A stretch of 64,000 nt of DNA from Eledone cirrhosa (Eukaryota), in the NCBI GenBank assembly GCA_964016885.1, contig OZ024741.1, positions 312,046,001 to 312,110,000 of the forward strand, given 5' to 3'. Positions 61,916-64,000 of the stretch are shown here, in pieces. The notes below the pieces were generated by a model. It was not told where the DNA came from and did not search any database. It was given only the letters and a program-made list of their open reading frames with translations. The translations under genes and the position numbers were made by a program. Position 1 is the stretch's first letter. Every line of letters begins with the position of its first letter.

Positions 61916-62554
61916 CAGTTAATTTTTTTAGATAATTATATTGACTGATTAATTGCTTAAGTTTACTTTTAAAACTACCCGGTTGAGAGCTCAAATCGAT
62001 ATGTGGAGTGTTTGAAATTATTGCATTAATTTTACACAGTGAAATCATGGGCCAAAATCTGTGGTTTTCTCCCTTGTAGATTTACACACGTGGTTATATC
62101 ACTATATAACACTGTGATTCTAAACTCTGGCGTAGAACAAAATACCTGTTGACGAAGTGACGGCCTTGTTTGATCATTATACCAAACGCTTATTATTTTA
62201 AGCAGGCAGTATAATTGATTTAGGTGTCGCAGAAACCCTGTACTGGATTATACCATCATTTCCAAGGGGTCCGGTTAAATATTTCATTTATTTTCTTTGA
62301 CCAGTTTAGCTTGCCTCGTCTTTTTTGGCTTAGGTGGTTGATGGCTTCTTAACCGCCATCTCAGATGGTTTGGCCTTTATAACCTATGTTTATTGCTCTG
62401 GTCTCTTTTTGGTCCATAGAGCGCTTGCAAGCATAACTCGGATATTGCGTTTCTCTAGTTTTTTATCATGCCGAAATACGAATCTCGCTGAAATTATATT
62501 TAAATATATATATACATACGTGTATTTCTGTTCAAAGGTACAAAGGTAAAATAT

Positions 62555-62651
<97 letters not shown>

Positions 62652-63489
62652 TTTAACTCGTCGTACTTTCTTTTATTTTTTATTTTAGATGTTAGCTGTA
62701 TATCCCAGACCGCCTATGGTGATAAATCCCCTGGGTATAGATTTTGGAAACATAGCGTTATCTCACTTAACGTTGGGAACTGGAACATATCGATGTGGTT
62801 CGTAGGGTGCGGATATGATAAGGAGAATCGACCTGTTACAATGCGATATAATTGGAGTAAACCATCCACATATGGACTATCATACATGTAAGGCTGCACC
62901 ACTGCTAACCAACTATTCTTTTCACAGACTCATGCTTGCAAACTCTCTTAATCTGCCTGTACACCCTGTTTTTGCACTGCTTTTACTTTGATGTATCTAT
63001 GCTTTGCATTGTCTTATATTTTGGGGGGTTTCCGGGCTTTTTATGTCTTTACTGTTTTGTATTTTTATATTTATCTCTTTTCTTATCCCTGTATTTTTGT
63101 ACTTTTTTATTTTTTTTTTATTATTCTCTTAATGTTTCTGATCATGCTGAGTAATCCCCTCACTCATCCCTTGCTACCCTCTCCCAATCTCTTTATCATC
63201 TATTGCACCATTTAAGTGATAGATTTTTGGTGTAATTTTTAAACTTTTAAGACATTTTATGACATTATGTGCATCATGTATTCTGTCTTTTTCAATATAG
63301 CGCTGGCCAGGTGTCGTAGGACAGGGTTCGCACCTTTCCGACAGACAACATTTAACCCCCACCCGATGGAGCATACAATTACTGATATACTCTTGTTTAT
63401 AGGCTCTGATGATTCCTGCCATGGGGTATGGATGAAACACGGTCAGCTAATAAAACAATGTATTTCTAAGCACTCTTTGGTTATTCCTA

Positions 63490-63576
<87 letters not shown>

Positions 63577-64000
63577 GTGAGGTTTTTTTTACAAAATGAA
63601 TAAATAACCGAGGTGTCCTACACGAGTGAAAGTATAAAGAAAAAGAGATGAAATCGAAAATGCAACTGGAGTCTTATTTTTTTTTTAAATATATATATTT
63701 ATTTGGTTCCTTTACCGGTTTCGCAGTTCTTCTGCTTTTCAAAAGGTGAGTTGAGATGGAGGGTCTGTGGTTTTTCTCACATCTGGTTGGTCTCTGAATG
63801 TTACTTGTTTTATATGGAAAAAGTGACTCGAAATGCCAGGTTTTTCGAGAAGTAATTTGATTGGTTGGTCAAATAAGAGTGGGGTTGGGGGGGGGGGGGG
63901 GCACAGATTGTTTTTTCATATATGAGTGTTTGAATTTCTTTTTACTTGAAAAAAGGAGGCTCACGAAGGCGTTTTTGGGGTTGGTTATAAATGAAATTAT

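Noticed and set aside
62650-63495. Possible decayed PLE fragments (YRCGS.., IRAYKQ..CC..RC..C)
   Set aside because: Too degenerate to assign without a homology search.

Overview
Eukaryotic, AT-rich, repeat-saturated animal DNA with no recognisable host gene. The abundant (TA)n/(TG)n tracts and the SINE family suggest an octopus or other cephalopod, but this is inference. The window holds three decayed L1/Tx1-like LINE copies, a decayed autonomous Helitron plus several non-autonomous Helitrons, at least three Penelope-like (PLE, RT + GIY-YIG) families, tRNA-type SINEs, CRE and RTE fragments and MITEs. The most interesting signal is non-coding. Two unrelated tandem-repeat families (a 311-bp unit and a ~420-580-bp unit) each carry one type I hammerhead ribozyme (HHR) per monomer inside a highly structured unit, like non-LTR retrozymes or circRNA templates. 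They share an architecture: a UAU bulge in stem I, an AACA loop II and a palindromic stem III. They are nested inside each other at (TA)n tracts and show the same divergent fold-back arrangement and short junction duplication as the neighbouring PLEs, pointing to a PLE-mobilised ribozyme RNA system. All RNA structures were read by eye, and no folding or database search was run.
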